This document shows, in pieces, positions 28,931 to 39,162 of a DNA stretch of 64,000 bases. The DNA is from an uncultured Desulfatitalea sp. Lineage in GTDB: Bacteria > Desulfobacterota > Desulfobacteria > Desulfobacterales > Desulfosarcinaceae. Positions within the stretch are counted from its first letter, which is position 1. Each line of letters begins with the position of its first letter. The DNA is taken from the NCBI GenBank assembly GCA_963668675.2, contig CAXXMB010000001.1:416001-480000 (forward strand). Direction: 5' to 3'. The position numbers were made by a program, and so were the translations under genes. Under the pieces are notes generated by a model. That model was not told the origin of the DNA and made no database searches. It saw only the letters and a list, made by a program, of their open reading frames with translations.

Positions 28931-30856
28931 ATGTGCGGAATAGTAGGCATACTCCGGCTGGACAATCAGCCGATTAACGAAAAGCGATTGATCAAAATGA
29001 GGGATCGCATGATCCACCGCGGCCCTGACGATGCCGGCGTTCATATCGACGGGCAGGTCGGGCTGGGGCATCGGCGCCTGGCCATCATCGACCTTACACC
29101 AGGCGGTCATCAACCCATGCTCAGCGATAATGGCCGGATTGCCCTGGTCTTCAACGGAGAGATTTTCAACTACCTGGAGCTGCGCGAAGAGCTGATCCGC
29201 AAAGGACATCACTTCCGTTCCACTTCGGATACCGAAGTGATCATCCATCAATATCTGGAAGACGGCGAAAGCTGCGTCGATAAATTCAACGGTATGTTCG
29301 CTTTTGCCTTGTGGGATTCGCGCAAACAAATTCTCTTTGCCGCTCGAGACAGACTGGGGATCAAACCGCTATATTTTTTCAAGGACCAGCGCCAGTTCAT
29401 CATCGCATCTGAACTCAAGGCCATAATCGAGGATCCGGAAGTGCCCAGAGACCCCGATCCCCGGGGCATCGCCGACTACTTCTTTGCCGGAAAACCGCTG
29501 GGCGATAAAACCATGTTCAAGTCGATCTACCAGGTTGAGCCTGGTTATTTGCTCACCGTCGATGGAAAATCTGGATCGGTTAAAACCCGAAAGTATTGGG
29601 ACATTCACTACAACTACGACACTAACCGCAGCGAGGCGCAGGTGGTCGAAGAGTTGTCGCACTTGCTCGATGACGCCATCAAGGTGCACTGCCGCAGCGA
29701 TGCGCCTCTGGGGTGCCATCTCAGCGGCGGGATGGATACCAGTGTGGTGACCGCGTTTGCCGCCCGACATCGCGAGCGGCTCAAGACCTTTTCCATCAAG
29801 TTTTCCGAGGACGAATACATCGACGAGACCCCGTTTGCCAAAGCCGTGGCCAACCACGTCTCGGCGGACTACCTCGAAAGCACGCCCACCATCCGCGAGA
29901 TCGAACAGGCCCTGCCTTTTCTGGGGTGGCATATGGAAAACCCGATCTCCGCCATGGGCGGCTACAACTACTATGCCGTCTCCGCCTTCGCCCAGGGTCA
30001 AGTCAAGGTTACGCTCACCGGCCATGGCGGCGACGAAATTTTTGCCGGCTATCCGGCACAGTTCCAGACCAGCTTCGGACGCACCGATATGTTCGTGCTC
30101 CATTCAGACCCTGAAAGTCACGTCGAAGCGAGCCTGGTCAGCCGCGTGCTGAAGCGGCTGCAGCGTAAAAGCCCTATGCAGATCCTCAGCGCCGTCAAGC
30201 GCCGGCTTTTAAGACAGAAACTCTCCTTCGAAGAGCTCTGGATCGCGCTGCACTGCGGCACCCTGCCAAAAGAGAACCCGATCTTCTACAACGGCTTTGT
30301 CAAGCAGCTCAACGGGTATTCACCGCGGGATGACTACCTGCGGCCATTCAGAGAGGCGGATACGGATGTGCTGATCGACAAGTGTCTCTACCACGACATC
30401 CGCTCCTATCTGCCGGGATTGCTACATGTGGAAGATCGTGCCAGCATGGCCGTGTCCATCGAGTCGCGCGTTCCCCTGCTGGACTACCGCATCATCGAGT
30501 TTCTGGCGACCGTTCCGCCCGAGATCAAAATCAAAGGCCACGAGCCCAAACACCTCATGCGGCGGGTGGCCGAATCCGTTCTGCCAGAAGAGGTGTGGCA
30601 GCGAAAGGACAAGCGGCCCTTCCCGATGCCCAGTCGTTTTTTGTCTTCAACCGGTATGCGCGATCTGGCCAAGCAGGTGCTGCTGGCGCCTGAAAGTATG
30701 GATCGCGGTATCGTGCATCCCACTAAATTGAAAGACATCTGCAGCAACGAACTCGCCACGCGGGACCACGAGGCCCGGCAGATATTGGCGCTGGAGCTCT
30801 GGTTTCAAATGTTCGTTGACAAGAACCCGAACTGGCTGGCTTCGGCCAACGCCTGA
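28931..30856 (+). CDS. asnB: Asparagine synthase-like glutamine amidotransferase, paralog 1
   Basis: MCGI (Cys2), HRGPD, RRLAIIDL, NGEIFN, SDTEVI, LSGGMD, GHGGDE, RVPLLD. Confidence 0.93.
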   Translation: MCGIVGILRLDNQPINEKRLIKMRDRMIHRGPDDAGVHIDGQVGLGHRRLAIIDLTPGGHQPMLSDNGRIALVFNGEIFNYLELREELIRKGHHFRSTSDTEVIIHQYLEDGESCVDKFNGMFAFALWDSRKQILFAARDRLGIKPLYFFKDQRQFIIASELKAIIEDPEVPRDPDPRGIADYFFAGKPLGDKTMFKSIYQVEPGYLLTVDGKSGSVKTRKYWDIHYNYDTNRSEAQVVEELSHLLDDAIKVHCRSDAPLGCHLSGGMDTSVVTAFAARHRERLKTFSIKFSEDEYIDETPFAKAVANHVSADYLESTPTIREIEQALPFLGWHMENPISAMGGYNYYAVSAFAQGQVKVTLTGHGGDEIFAGYPAQFQTSFGRTDMFVLHSDPESHVEASLVSRVLKRLQRKSPMQILSAVKRRLLRQKLSFEELWIALHCGTLPKENPIFYNGFVKQLNGYSPRDDYLRPFREADTDVLIDKCLYHDIRSYLPGLLHVEDRASMAVSIESRVPLLDYRIIEFLATVPPEIKIKGHEPKHLMRRVAESVLPEEVWQRKDKRPFPMPSRFLSSTGMRDLAKQVLLAPESMDRGIVHPTKLKDICSNELATRDHEARQILALELWFQMFVDKNPNWLASANA

Positions 30857-30873
30857 AAACGCCGGAGTAACGC

Positions 30874-32310
30874 ATGACAGGATTGAGAGAAAAGGTCATC
30901 CGAGGCTTCATGTGGCTGAGCAGTTTGACCTTTGTGGGGCAGGCCATCACCTGGGCCATCACCCTGGTGGTGATCCGGCTGCTGGATCCCAAGGATTACG
31001 GGCTCATGGCCATGGCCACGGTTTTCATCGGCTTTCTGGCCATTCTCAACGAGCTGGGGTTGGGGCCGGCCGTCATTCAGAAGCCCGATCTCACCGAACA
31101 GGACCTGCGCAAGGCCAACGGGTGTGTACTGATCATCAATGTCGTGCTGTACGGCGTCCTGTTTCTCTGTGCGCCGGCCATCGCATGGTTTTTCGACGAG
31201 CCGCGCTTGGTTCCGATCATCCGTGTGCTTGGTCTGAATTTTGTGCTGCTTTCGGGCTATTTTCTGCCTCAGTCTCTCATGGCCCGGGAGATGGATTTCA
31301 AGACCCGTTCGATCATCGAGCTGCTGGGCAATCTCACCTCCAGCGGCATCGTTCTGGGATTGGCCCTGGCCGGTTTCGGCGTCTGGGCCCTGGTCATGGG
31401 GCCCCTCGGTATGCATCTCTTCAAGGCGATCGCTTTCAATTGCTTCAAGACATACCGCCACAAACCGCTGCTGTCGGTCAAAGGCATGCGCAGCATGTTC
31501 GTCTTCGGCGGCTACGTAAGCTTGACCCGGGTGGTTTGGTATTTCTACTCCCAGGCGGATATTCTCATCTGCGGCAAGCTGTTCGGAAAAAACCTGCTGG
31601 GCATCTACGCGGTCGCAATGCAGCTGGTTTCCATTCCCATGTCCAAAATCAGCCCCTTGCTGTCCCAGATCGGATTCTCCGCCTTTTCCAGGATCCAGGC
31701 CGATCTGCCGGCTGTCCAGACCAATTTTCTCCGGGCGGTCCACTTGATCAGTCTGCTCTCGTTTCCTCTGTTCTGGGGCTTGGCCATGGTATCTCCGGAA
31801 GCGGTCCCGTGGCTGCTCGGTGACAAATGGCAAAGCGTTGTGGTGCCCATTCAATTGCTCAGTGTTGTCATGCCGCTGCGCTTCATTGATACCATCTTCG
31901 GCCCGGTCGTGTCGGGGCGGGGACGCCCGGATGTGATCATGTGGAACATGGTAGCGGCCATCGTGATCATGCCTGCGGCGTTTCTCCTCGGGGCGCGCTG
32001 GGGCATTATCGGGCTATGTATGGCATGGGTGATCGCCTATCCCATCCTGTTCGTTTTTATGACCTATCGGGTGCTCAGGATCCTTCAGGTGCCCCCCGGG
32101 CAATTCGTCAAGGCGTTCAGCATGCCCCTGGCTGCCAGCGCGGTCATGGTGATAGGACTCGCGGCACTGAAATGGTCTTTGACTATTCCGGTGGTTATCT
32201 CGGTAATCGCTTCGGTATTGGTAGGTGTCGTACTGTACAGTGCGACCATGCTGGTTTTGAATCGCAATGAACTGGTGGAAATCCGCTCTATCTTTTCGGC
32301 CGGGAACTGA
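30874..32310 (+). CDS. wzx: Polysaccharide flippase (Wzx/PST family)
   Basis: Multi-pass; LLDPKDYGL, ELGLGPAVIQ, GFGVWALV. Confidence 0.88.
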   Translation: MTGLREKVIRGFMWLSSLTFVGQAITWAITLVVIRLLDPKDYGLMAMATVFIGFLAILNELGLGPAVIQKPDLTEQDLRKANGCVLIINVVLYGVLFLCAPAIAWFFDEPRLVPIIRVLGLNFVLLSGYFLPQSLMAREMDFKTRSIIELLGNLTSSGIVLGLALAGFGVWALVMGPLGMHLFKAIAFNCFKTYRHKPLLSVKGMRSMFVFGGYVSLTRVVWYFYSQADILICGKLFGKNLLGIYAVAMQLVSIPMSKISPLLSQIGFSAFSRIQADLPAVQTNFLRAVHLISLLSFPLFWGLAMVSPEAVPWLLGDKWQSVVVPIQLLSVVMPLRFIDTIFGPVVSGRGRPDVIMWNMVAAIVIMPAAFLLGARWGIIGLCMAWVIAYPILFVFMTYRVLRILQVPPGQFVKAFSMPLAASAVMVIGLAALKWSLTIPVVISVIASVLVGVVLYSATMLVLNRNELVEIRSIFSAGN

Positions 32311-32321
32311 CAGGATATCCA

Positions 32322-33641
32322 ATGCAGCACCAACGCACCTCCAGAACCATTTTTAAAAAAGAGTCCCTGACCATGGGATACAAGGTCTTTCTGATATGGA
32401 CGGTGGTGCTTTACGCTCGCCCCCAGGATTTTTTAACTTTCCTGGAACCATTTCGAATAGGACTGCTTTTTACTGCGATCGCATTGGCAACAGCCATTTA
32501 CGGGCCGAAACGACTCTCCTTAAGAGCGCTGCTCAAAACCGGTATTTCCAGGAAATACGCCATCCTCTATCTGCTCATGTTCATCGGCATACCATTTGCC
32601 GATCACAGTGGCCGTGCATTCGATTGGGTGGTAATGATCTATCCGGTCAACATGATCTATTTCTTCCTGGCTGTTTTCCACCTGGACACCATCAAGAAGA
32701 TCAAACAAACTGCATATGTACTGTGCTTGTCCGTTCTGTTCTACGCTGTGTTCGGCCTGCTAAACGGTTCATATGTAGAGGGCCGTTATGCTGTCGGCAC
32801 CATGTACGATCCCAACGACCTTGCACTTTTTATGGTCGGGCTTTTTCCCATCAGCATTCTGTTCCTTGGCAAAGTGCATAACATGAAAACCCGTGTGGTG
32901 GCGGTGGCAACCCTGGCTATTGCACCGCTGATCGTTATTATGTCCGGATCCCGAGGCGGATTTGTTTGTCTGGCAGTCGTCCTGTTGATCCTGTTCATGA
33001 CCCAGGTGGGCGGTATTCGACGCTCTCGTAAAATAGGCGCAATCGCACTGGTCGCTGTAACGATTTTTATCTTCAGAGAACAGATGGATATCGAACGGTA
33101 TACCACCTTGTTAACCCTTGAAGAGGATTACAATGTAACCAGCGATACAGGTCGTTTACAGGTGTGGGAATCCGCCTTCAAGCTAATTTTTGCAAATCCA
33201 ATAACGGGTGTGGGTGTGCGTTGTTTTCCGCGAGCCTTCGGATACCTTCGGTTGACCGAAGGGCGAGTGCCGGACTGGAAGGCCGCTCATAATGCATATA
33301 TACAGGTCTGGACGGAAGTAGGATTTCCGGGCATTCTCGTTTTTATGGGAATTATCGCGGCCAGTGTCCGCAGCTATTGGCGCATGTCCAGATGGGATGC
33401 GGTAACTTCCGAGCAAAAGGACCTGAAACTGCTGGGCAGCTTGATGTTAACCGGATTCTGGGGTCATCTGATAGGTGCATTTTTTCTGTCCCAGGCATAC
33501 GGTATGCAGTTCACACTCTTTTTTGCCATGGCGGCTGTGTTTAGGCAGTTGGCGATGGGATGGGCCGCAGAGAAGGCTTCCGAGACGTCAAGAAGCCAAC
33601 CCGGAGAGGCGTCTGAGAAGGTGACGTCGGTCAGAGGGTGA
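32322..33641 (+). CDS. O-antigen ligase/Wzy-like polymerase family membrane protein
   Basis: RPQD, DPNDLA, SGSRGG, GRLQVW, NPITGVG, AHNAY motifs; start could be the downstream ATG (MGYKV). Confidence 0.85.
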   Translation: MQHQRTSRTIFKKESLTMGYKVFLIWTVVLYARPQDFLTFLEPFRIGLLFTAIALATAIYGPKRLSLRALLKTGISRKYAILYLLMFIGIPFADHSGRAFDWVVMIYPVNMIYFFLAVFHLDTIKKIKQTAYVLCLSVLFYAVFGLLNGSYVEGRYAVGTMYDPNDLALFMVGLFPISILFLGKVHNMKTRVVAVATLAIAPLIVIMSGSRGGFVCLAVVLLILFMTQVGGIRRSRKIGAIALVAVTIFIFREQMDIERYTTLLTLEEDYNVTSDTGRLQVWESAFKLIFANPITGVGVRCFPRAFGYLRLTEGRVPDWKAAHNAYIQVWTEVGFPGILVFMGIIAASVRSYWRMSRWDAVTSEQKDLKLLGSLMLTGFWGHLIGAFFLSQAYGMQFTLFFAMAAVFRQLAMGWAAEKASETSRSQPGEASEKVTSVRG

Positions 33642-33675
33642 ACTAGTCAAGGTACAATAAAAGAGAAATCCGAAA

Positions 33676-33927
33676 CCCGGTTCTCCATGAAGATGAAGTA
33701 TCGTCTGTTTTTCTTTATCATACTTTGATTCAGCCACCGGCTCCCCCCTTTTCAAAGGGGGGCGGGGGGGATTTGATTGGCCCTCAACATACTGGAATCC
33801 CCCTAAATCCCCCTTTAAAAAAGGGGGACTTTTATATTGCTTCGTAATGCTTCCATGAAGGAATCAAATGCTTTGCATAGGCCAGCCATAACTACATTCC
33901 GGGCACTTAAGCTTCGTGGAGAACCGG
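33676..33927. mobile_element. MITE-like element family B, copy 1 (~251 bp)
   Basis: TIRs CCGGTTCTCCATGAAG / CTTCGTGGAGAACCGG; flanks aatccgaaa / aatccggaa (8/9 duplication); no transposase ORF. Confidence 0.85.
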
Positions 33928-34235
33928 AATCCGGAATTCGAATATCGAAATTCAAAATTCGAAACAAGTCTCAGATATGTTCGGATGAATACCGATCGTA
34001 CCATGTAGGGGCGGGGTTATCCCAGCCCCTACATAACCTTAAGATTTCATATACTTAGTTCGCTCCAACCGACATGACACATGAATGATTTCTTACGCTT
34101 TCATCAGTATTGGGAGTTCGAATCTTTTATAATAGCTGGATTTCGGCCTTCGCCGGAATGACGATAAAACTTTGTTTCGAATTTAAAATTTAGAACATTC
34201 GAATTTGTCTCGGATTTCGATACTCGAATTTCTTA
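33928..34235. repeat. Family C heptamer arms enclosing a GTAG palindrome (34003-34034) and a family A palindrome
   Basis: aattcgaatatcgaaattc...atgtaggggcggggttatcccagcccctacat...ttcggccttcgccggaatgac...ttcgatactcgaattt. Confidence 0.7.
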
Positions 34236-34510
34236 AAGTGGGGTCGAAATTGTGGCGCTCCCGGCTCGGAGCGTCAAAACATCCGCTTATCGATTGAACA
34301 AGTTACCCAAATTTGCACATTGCGGTTACAAAATATTATACCTTCGAATACTGATTATAACTTAATAAAAACGTATAGATATACATATTTTCCATATTTT
34401 GAGACTGTCGGGGCTCGGTCTTGGCGGTGATTGCTGAAAATGCTCTGAAATAGTCTTGCCATCCGATATTGCCTGATATGTTGGCAATCTATACCATCCT
34501 ACTATGTTTA

Positions 34511-34527
34511 TGGCATCCATGTTGCAT
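34511..34527 (+). promoter_or_regulatory. Sigma-54 (-24/-12) promoter
   Basis: TGGCATCCATGTTGCAT: GG(34512-13)-N10-GC(34524-25), ~80 bp upstream of 34605. Confidence 0.75.
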
Positions 34528-34604
34528 AATATCCGAATGATTTTCGATCAGATACGCCGGGTGGACACACTTCACCCTGTGTTGCCCCTAACAGGAGGTT
34601 CATC

Positions 34605-36359
34605 TTGAAAAGATTCCACCCAACTATCTTCGTTCTTTTTCTGTTCGTTTTGTTTTTGATTCCCTGCAACGGTTACGCTGCGATCAGCAGCTTCCCATGG
34701 TCGACCACATTCAACTGCCCTGAGTGGGACCAGGGAACAGACGGATGGAACACCATCGACTGCGATGGATTGACGTCGGCAGTGGGCGACTGGTATGCCG
34801 CCGGCCATGGAGAGCAGATCACGTCACCCGCCAACAACCCGAACGGCGGAGGAGGGCGCGGACAGCGCCACTGGATGGGCGCAGGCGGTACCGGTACGGC
34901 CCCCGGCAGTGGTGAGATCGCTTACCAGTTCCCCTCTGCAACCAATCTCTACATGCGGTTCTACTTCCGTCTTCAAAGCGGTATGCCGATAGACCAGGTA
35001 CACTATTGGAAATTGATCTATGGCTACGGCGGGAGTGAGTCGTTTTACCTGGATACAGAAGCCGGCGGCCTTAGCATTTCGCTCTACGACCGCAGCACCC
35101 GTCACACCGGCGGATACGGGCTGGACGATGTCTACGGCAGCACCACATCGGATGGATCGTGGCACGCCATGGAGGTCCATTTCGATCTTCAAAACGGCAT
35201 CTTCGAATACTGGTTCTACCCAAACGGGCAGGACAATGCCATACCGCGCTACCGTTCCACTTCGGTCAACTACCGCATGTCTTCACTCAACCTCTTTAAA
35301 TTTCCGGAAAACCACAAGGCGTCATCATTGCCAAGCGCAGCCATGTACGCCGATTTCGACGATATCGCCATGAGCACCACCGGCCGCATTGGCCCATTGG
35401 GATCCAGCGGCGGGGGAGACACCGGCGGTGGCACGACACCAACACCACCGCCACCTGCCCCAACAGTCAATGCTGTATCAAATCTGCACGTGGTGTCCGG
35501 CTCCTCCAGCGGCGGCAGCACAGGCACTGGAACCGTCATTTTCAACGAGGATTTTGAAAGCACCAACCTGGCAGCCAGTGGCTGGTTCGACAACACCAGC
35601 ATGACCTTCAGCACCGTCGAGCACGTGAGCGGCAGTACGCGCTCTTTGGAGTATACCTTCAACGCAGGCGCCACCAACCCGACATCGGGCGGCGCCATTC
35701 GACGCAGCTTTACCCCCACAGACCAGCTCTACATCAGCTATTACGTCAAATACAGCGCCAACTGGCAGGGGTCAAATCTCAGTTACCAGCCCCACGAATT
35801 TTATCTGTTGACCAACAAAGACAACCCCTGGGGAGGGTTGGCATCGACCCAGTTGACCACCTACATCGAACAGAACGAAGGCACTCCGCTCATCGGTATA
35901 CAGGACTCCCAGAACATCGATGAGTCGAGCATCAACGTGGATCTGACCAATGTGACCGAAAATCGGGCAGTGGCCGGCTGCAACGGCGACTCCGACGGCT
36001 ACGGCGCCGGATCGTGCTATTCGGTGGGATCCACGCATCAGAACATAAAAGAGTGGCGTGCCAATACCACCTATTTCCGGGATGCCACCGGACCCTACTA
36101 CAAGAACGACTGGCACAAAGTAGAGGTCTTTCTCAAACTCAACAGCATATCCAATGGCCGCGGCGTGGCCGACGGCGTGGTACGCTACTGGTTTGACGGC
36201 CAGCCCGTCATCGACCATTCGAACGTGATGTTCCGAACCGCCCAGCACAGCGATATGCTTTTCGAAACACTTGTTATCGGCCCCTATCTGGGCAATGGAT
36301 CTCCAGTCACCCAAACGTTCTGGGTGGACAACCTGCAGATCTACGACGATATGCCATAG
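34605..36359 (+). CDS. Secreted protein with two beta-jellyroll (polysaccharide-lyase/ConA-like) domains and a Gly/Pro/Thr linker
   Basis: AGGAGG RBS with TTG start; signal peptide; paired motifs LYMRFYFR/LYISYYVK, WHAMEVHF/WHKVEVFL, DFDDI/WVDNL; linker GGGDTGGGTTPTPPPPAP. Confidence 0.65.
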   Translation: MKRFHPTIFVLFLFVLFLIPCNGYAAISSFPWSTTFNCPEWDQGTDGWNTIDCDGLTSAVGDWYAAGHGEQITSPANNPNGGGGRGQRHWMGAGGTGTAPGSGEIAYQFPSATNLYMRFYFRLQSGMPIDQVHYWKLIYGYGGSESFYLDTEAGGLSISLYDRSTRHTGGYGLDDVYGSTTSDGSWHAMEVHFDLQNGIFEYWFYPNGQDNAIPRYRSTSVNYRMSSLNLFKFPENHKASSLPSAAMYADFDDIAMSTTGRIGPLGSSGGGDTGGGTTPTPPPPAPTVNAVSNLHVVSGSSSGGSTGTGTVIFNEDFESTNLAASGWFDNTSMTFSTVEHVSGSTRSLEYTFNAGATNPTSGGAIRRSFTPTDQLYISYYVKYSANWQGSNLSYQPHEFYLLTNKDNPWGGLASTQLTTYIEQNEGTPLIGIQDSQNIDESSINVDLTNVTENRAVAGCNGDSDGYGAGSCYSVGSTHQNIKEWRANTTYFRDATGPYYKNDWHKVEVFLKLNSISNGRGVADGVVRYWFDGQPVIDHSNVMFRTAQHSDMLFETLVIGPYLGNGSPVTQTFWVDNLQIYDDMP

Positions 36360-36599
36360 CTGTAACGGTATGCCACTATGAACGCCCTCCAAGCTTGGTG
36401 GGTATTCCTTCCGCACTTGACAGAACAAGACCGCGCCGGATCGATGGGGAGCGCCCCATGGCTCCGGCGCTTCCCTTTTTCGAAACAAATCCCACGATAA
36501 GCAAACCGCACAAGACCGATTCCGGGATAAAAAAAAGCAACGGAGCACGCCCAATAAACCCCAACGGCTCAACCCGGTCCATTTAGAGGTATTCGCGCT

Positions 36600-37556
36600 G
36601 TGAAAAAAATCTGGATTACATGGGAACATCATCGGCGTACCACAGGACTCGTGGCCGCCCTGGGCGATGTCAAACTGTACGAACTGCAGCTGGATGCCAT
36701 ACGGCCCGTCCGCTATGCCGTGCTGATCCTGCGAACATGGCTGCTGCTGATCAGGGAGGCCCCCGACCTGGTTTTCGTGCAGAACCCGTCCATCGTGCTG
36801 GCCCTGTTCATGACCACCATTGGCAAGTGGTTTGCCGGCCGTGTGGTCATCGACTCTCACAATGAAGGGCTTCGGCCGTTTCACGATCGCTACAACCGTG
36901 TGCTGTCTGTATACCGATACATACAGCGGCAGGCCGATATCACCATCGTAACCAACGAAAACCTGGCTGCGGTCGTTCGCGAAAACCGAGGCCGCGCCGT
37001 CATCCTTCCGGACCGCATACCGCACCTGAGTCAGCCCCGGAAGGTGAAGCTCAAGGGAAAGGTCAACATCGTCTTCATCTGTACCTTCGAAAAGGACGAG
37101 CCCTACCGGGAGGTGATCGACTCGGCCAGACACATCGACCCGGATACCCACATCTACATCACCGGCCGCTACCAGAAAGCGCCTGCCGAGGTGATCGGCC
37201 AGGCCGCTTCCAATGTGACCTTCACCGGTTTTCTGAGCGAGCAGGACTATGCCGATTTGCTCCACTCATGCAATGCGGTCATGGACCTGACCCTAATGGA
37301 AGACTGCCTTGTATGCGGCGCCTACGAGGCGGTCGAACTAGAACGCCCGATGATCCTGTCCGACACAAAAGCCCTGCAGCGTTTTTTCCACGCCGGCGCC
37401 ATCTATACCGCCAACAACGCCCCATCCATTGCACGGGCCATATCCCAAATGCCGAAGGAAGAAAAACGGCTGCAAACGGAGGTCCATCGGTTGAAGACTT
37501 CCCTGAACCGTGATTGGGAGCAGCGGTTTCAAAAATTGCGCACCCTGATCGGCTGA
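36600..37556 (+). CDS. Glycosyltransferase (GT-B fold, GT4-like)
   Basis: FVQNPS, IDSHN, FEKDEP, FTGFL, GAYEA...PMILSD; GAGG RBS with GTG start. Confidence 0.78.
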   Translation: MKKIWITWEHHRRTTGLVAALGDVKLYELQLDAIRPVRYAVLILRTWLLLIREAPDLVFVQNPSIVLALFMTTIGKWFAGRVVIDSHNEGLRPFHDRYNRVLSVYRYIQRQADITIVTNENLAAVVRENRGRAVILPDRIPHLSQPRKVKLKGKVNIVFICTFEKDEPYREVIDSARHIDPDTHIYITGRYQKAPAEVIGQAASNVTFTGFLSEQDYADLLHSCNAVMDLTLMEDCLVCGAYEAVELERPMILSDTKALQRFFHAGAIYTANNAPSIARAISQMPKEEKRLQTEVHRLKTSLNRDWEQRFQKLRTLIG

Positions 37557-37603
37557 ACCGAAAATGCCAAACCTCTCAAACTACTTCTGCCGAAAAAGAA
37601 AAT

Positions 37604-37855
37604 CCGGTTCTCCACGAAGCTTAAGTGCCCGGAATGTAGTTATGGCTGGCCTATGCAAAGCATTTGATTCCTTCATGGAAGCATTACGAAGCAATAGAAA
37701 AGTCCCCCTTTTTCAAAGGGGGATTTAGGGGGATTCCAGTATGTTGAGGGCCAATCAAATCCCCCCCGCCCCCCTTTGAAAAGGGGGGAGCCGGTGGCTG
37801 CATCAAAGTATGATAAAGAATAACAGACGATACTTCATCTTCATGGAGAACCGGG
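37604..37855. mobile_element. MITE-like element family B, copy 2 (inverted relative to copy 1)
   Basis: Reverse complement differs from copy 1 at 4 positions by my manual alignment; perfect 9-bp flanking duplication AAAGAAAAT (37595-37603 and 37856-37864). Confidence 0.9.
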
Positions 37856-38033
37856 AAAGAAAATTCGAATTTCTCAGAAAGCCTGGATCCCGGCCTTCGC
37901 CGGGATGGCGAAAAACTGACTGGGATGATGAATAAATATCCGGGATGCCGAGCAAGATCTGTTTCGAATTTAGAGTTTCGGATTTGTTTCTGATTTCGAT
38001 ATTCGGGTTTCGGATTTTCTTTTAGGGTATTCA
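37856..38033. repeat. Family C composite element
   Basis: aattcgaatttctcagaaagcctggatcccggccttcgccgggatg...tttcgatattcgggtttcggatttt..gggtattc. Confidence 0.75.
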
Positions 38034-38097
38034 GAATACGAATTTGGAATTTCGGTCATTCGAATATTCTTTCTACAAACAACCACAGTCCAACAAA

Positions 38098-39150
38098 ATG
38101 TCCAAACTCACAAATCGGCTATTTTTCCTAGACAGCTACCGCCTTCTGGCCATCGTTATGGTCATCGGCATACACAGCTTCGCCTATGTCCAGCTTGCGC
38201 CGCAAAGCGAGAGCGTATTGCGGTTTCTGGTGCAGGCCATTGCCGTGCAGGTATTTTTTCTGGTCGACGGATTTCTCTTCGCCGGAAAGCAAAAGCACCA
38301 AACCAACTACCATTTTTGGCAGTACATCGGGAAAAGCGGCCGGAGACTGCTGGTGCCCTGGGTCATCTTCAGCCTGATATATGCCGGTTTCAGATACACA
38401 GTTGAGGCGGCAGGGTGGGTGGATGACCGCCTGATCTACGGACTGCCCGCGGCTCAGTCTCTGGGCCATCTGTACGCATCTATCATCGCCCCGCAGCTCT
38501 ACTTTCTGCCGTCCCTTTTTCTCATCCGGTGCCTGGCGCCGCTGACGCGACGATTGGTGACGAGTCCGATACAGGTGCTGGTGCTCTGTCTTGCGGTCTA
38601 TTGTGCGGCCTATTGGAACATCGATCTGAGACCCTTCTTCATGCAAGGCCAGGATCCTGTGCTGCACGCCCTCTGGGGACTGCAATACTACCTGTTCGGC
38701 ATCCTGGTCTGGCGTATCCGGCACCTGCTGATCGAACACGCATGGCCTGTCGTTTTCATATCCCTGGCACTGGTTTTGTCGACGCGTTTGCTCATGGGAT
38801 ACTTCTCTATTTCCGATGACGTTCTGATGCGTGCCGGTGCCTTCATTTCCCAGTATGGATATTTGCTGGGCACCTTCTGTCTCTTCGCCAAAGTCGTATC
38901 TCGTCCCACGGCTCTGGCGAGGTTCGGCAAATATACTATGGGGATCTACTTGCTGCACGCCCCGGTCGTACTTAAGATCAGTGCGCTGTCGGCCTCCGCT
39001 GTTGTCGGAAGTCAATTGCCCGGCTATATCGCAACCATCGCTATATGTTTCCTTCTATCCCTGTTGCTGACCTGGCTGTTACGCAACGTTGCATTTGGCC
39101 GGCTGTTGCTGGGGGAGGCGACGGTAAAGCCCTCTGCGATTTATCCATGA
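38098..39150 (+). CDS. Acyltransferase family 3 (OafA-like) membrane O-acyltransferase
   Basis: LDSYRLLAIVMVIGIH, AVQVFFLVDGFL, RLLVPW, YTMGIYLLH. Confidence 0.85.
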   Translation: MSKLTNRLFFLDSYRLLAIVMVIGIHSFAYVQLAPQSESVLRFLVQAIAVQVFFLVDGFLFAGKQKHQTNYHFWQYIGKSGRRLLVPWVIFSLIYAGFRYTVEAAGWVDDRLIYGLPAAQSLGHLYASIIAPQLYFLPSLFLIRCLAPLTRRLVTSPIQVLVLCLAVYCAAYWNIDLRPFFMQGQDPVLHALWGLQYYLFGILVWRIRHLLIEHAWPVVFISLALVLSTRLLMGYFSISDDVLMRAGAFISQYGYLLGTFCLFAKVVSRPTALARFGKYTMGIYLLHAPVVLKISALSASAVVGSQLPGYIATIAICFLLSLLLTWLLRNVAFGRLLLGEATVKPSAIYP

Positions 39151-39162
39151 AAAGGAATTGCC

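Noticed and set aside
30805..31854. 349-aa minus-strand and 335-aa alternate-frame ORFs over the flippase
   Set aside because: Typical GC-rich shadow ORFs with no motifs.
33837..34058. Small ORFs in repeat regions (also 6392, 15910, 28731, 41039, 44140, 49869, 56475, 59249, 60654)
   Set aside because: Translations of repeat DNA (IPAFAG, NPPLKKG, FEFRISDF-type peptides) without RBS or coding evidence.
35772..37265. 497-aa minus-strand ORF
   Set aside because: Antisense shadow of two well-supported + strand genes, crossing their intergenic gap, with no recognisable motif.
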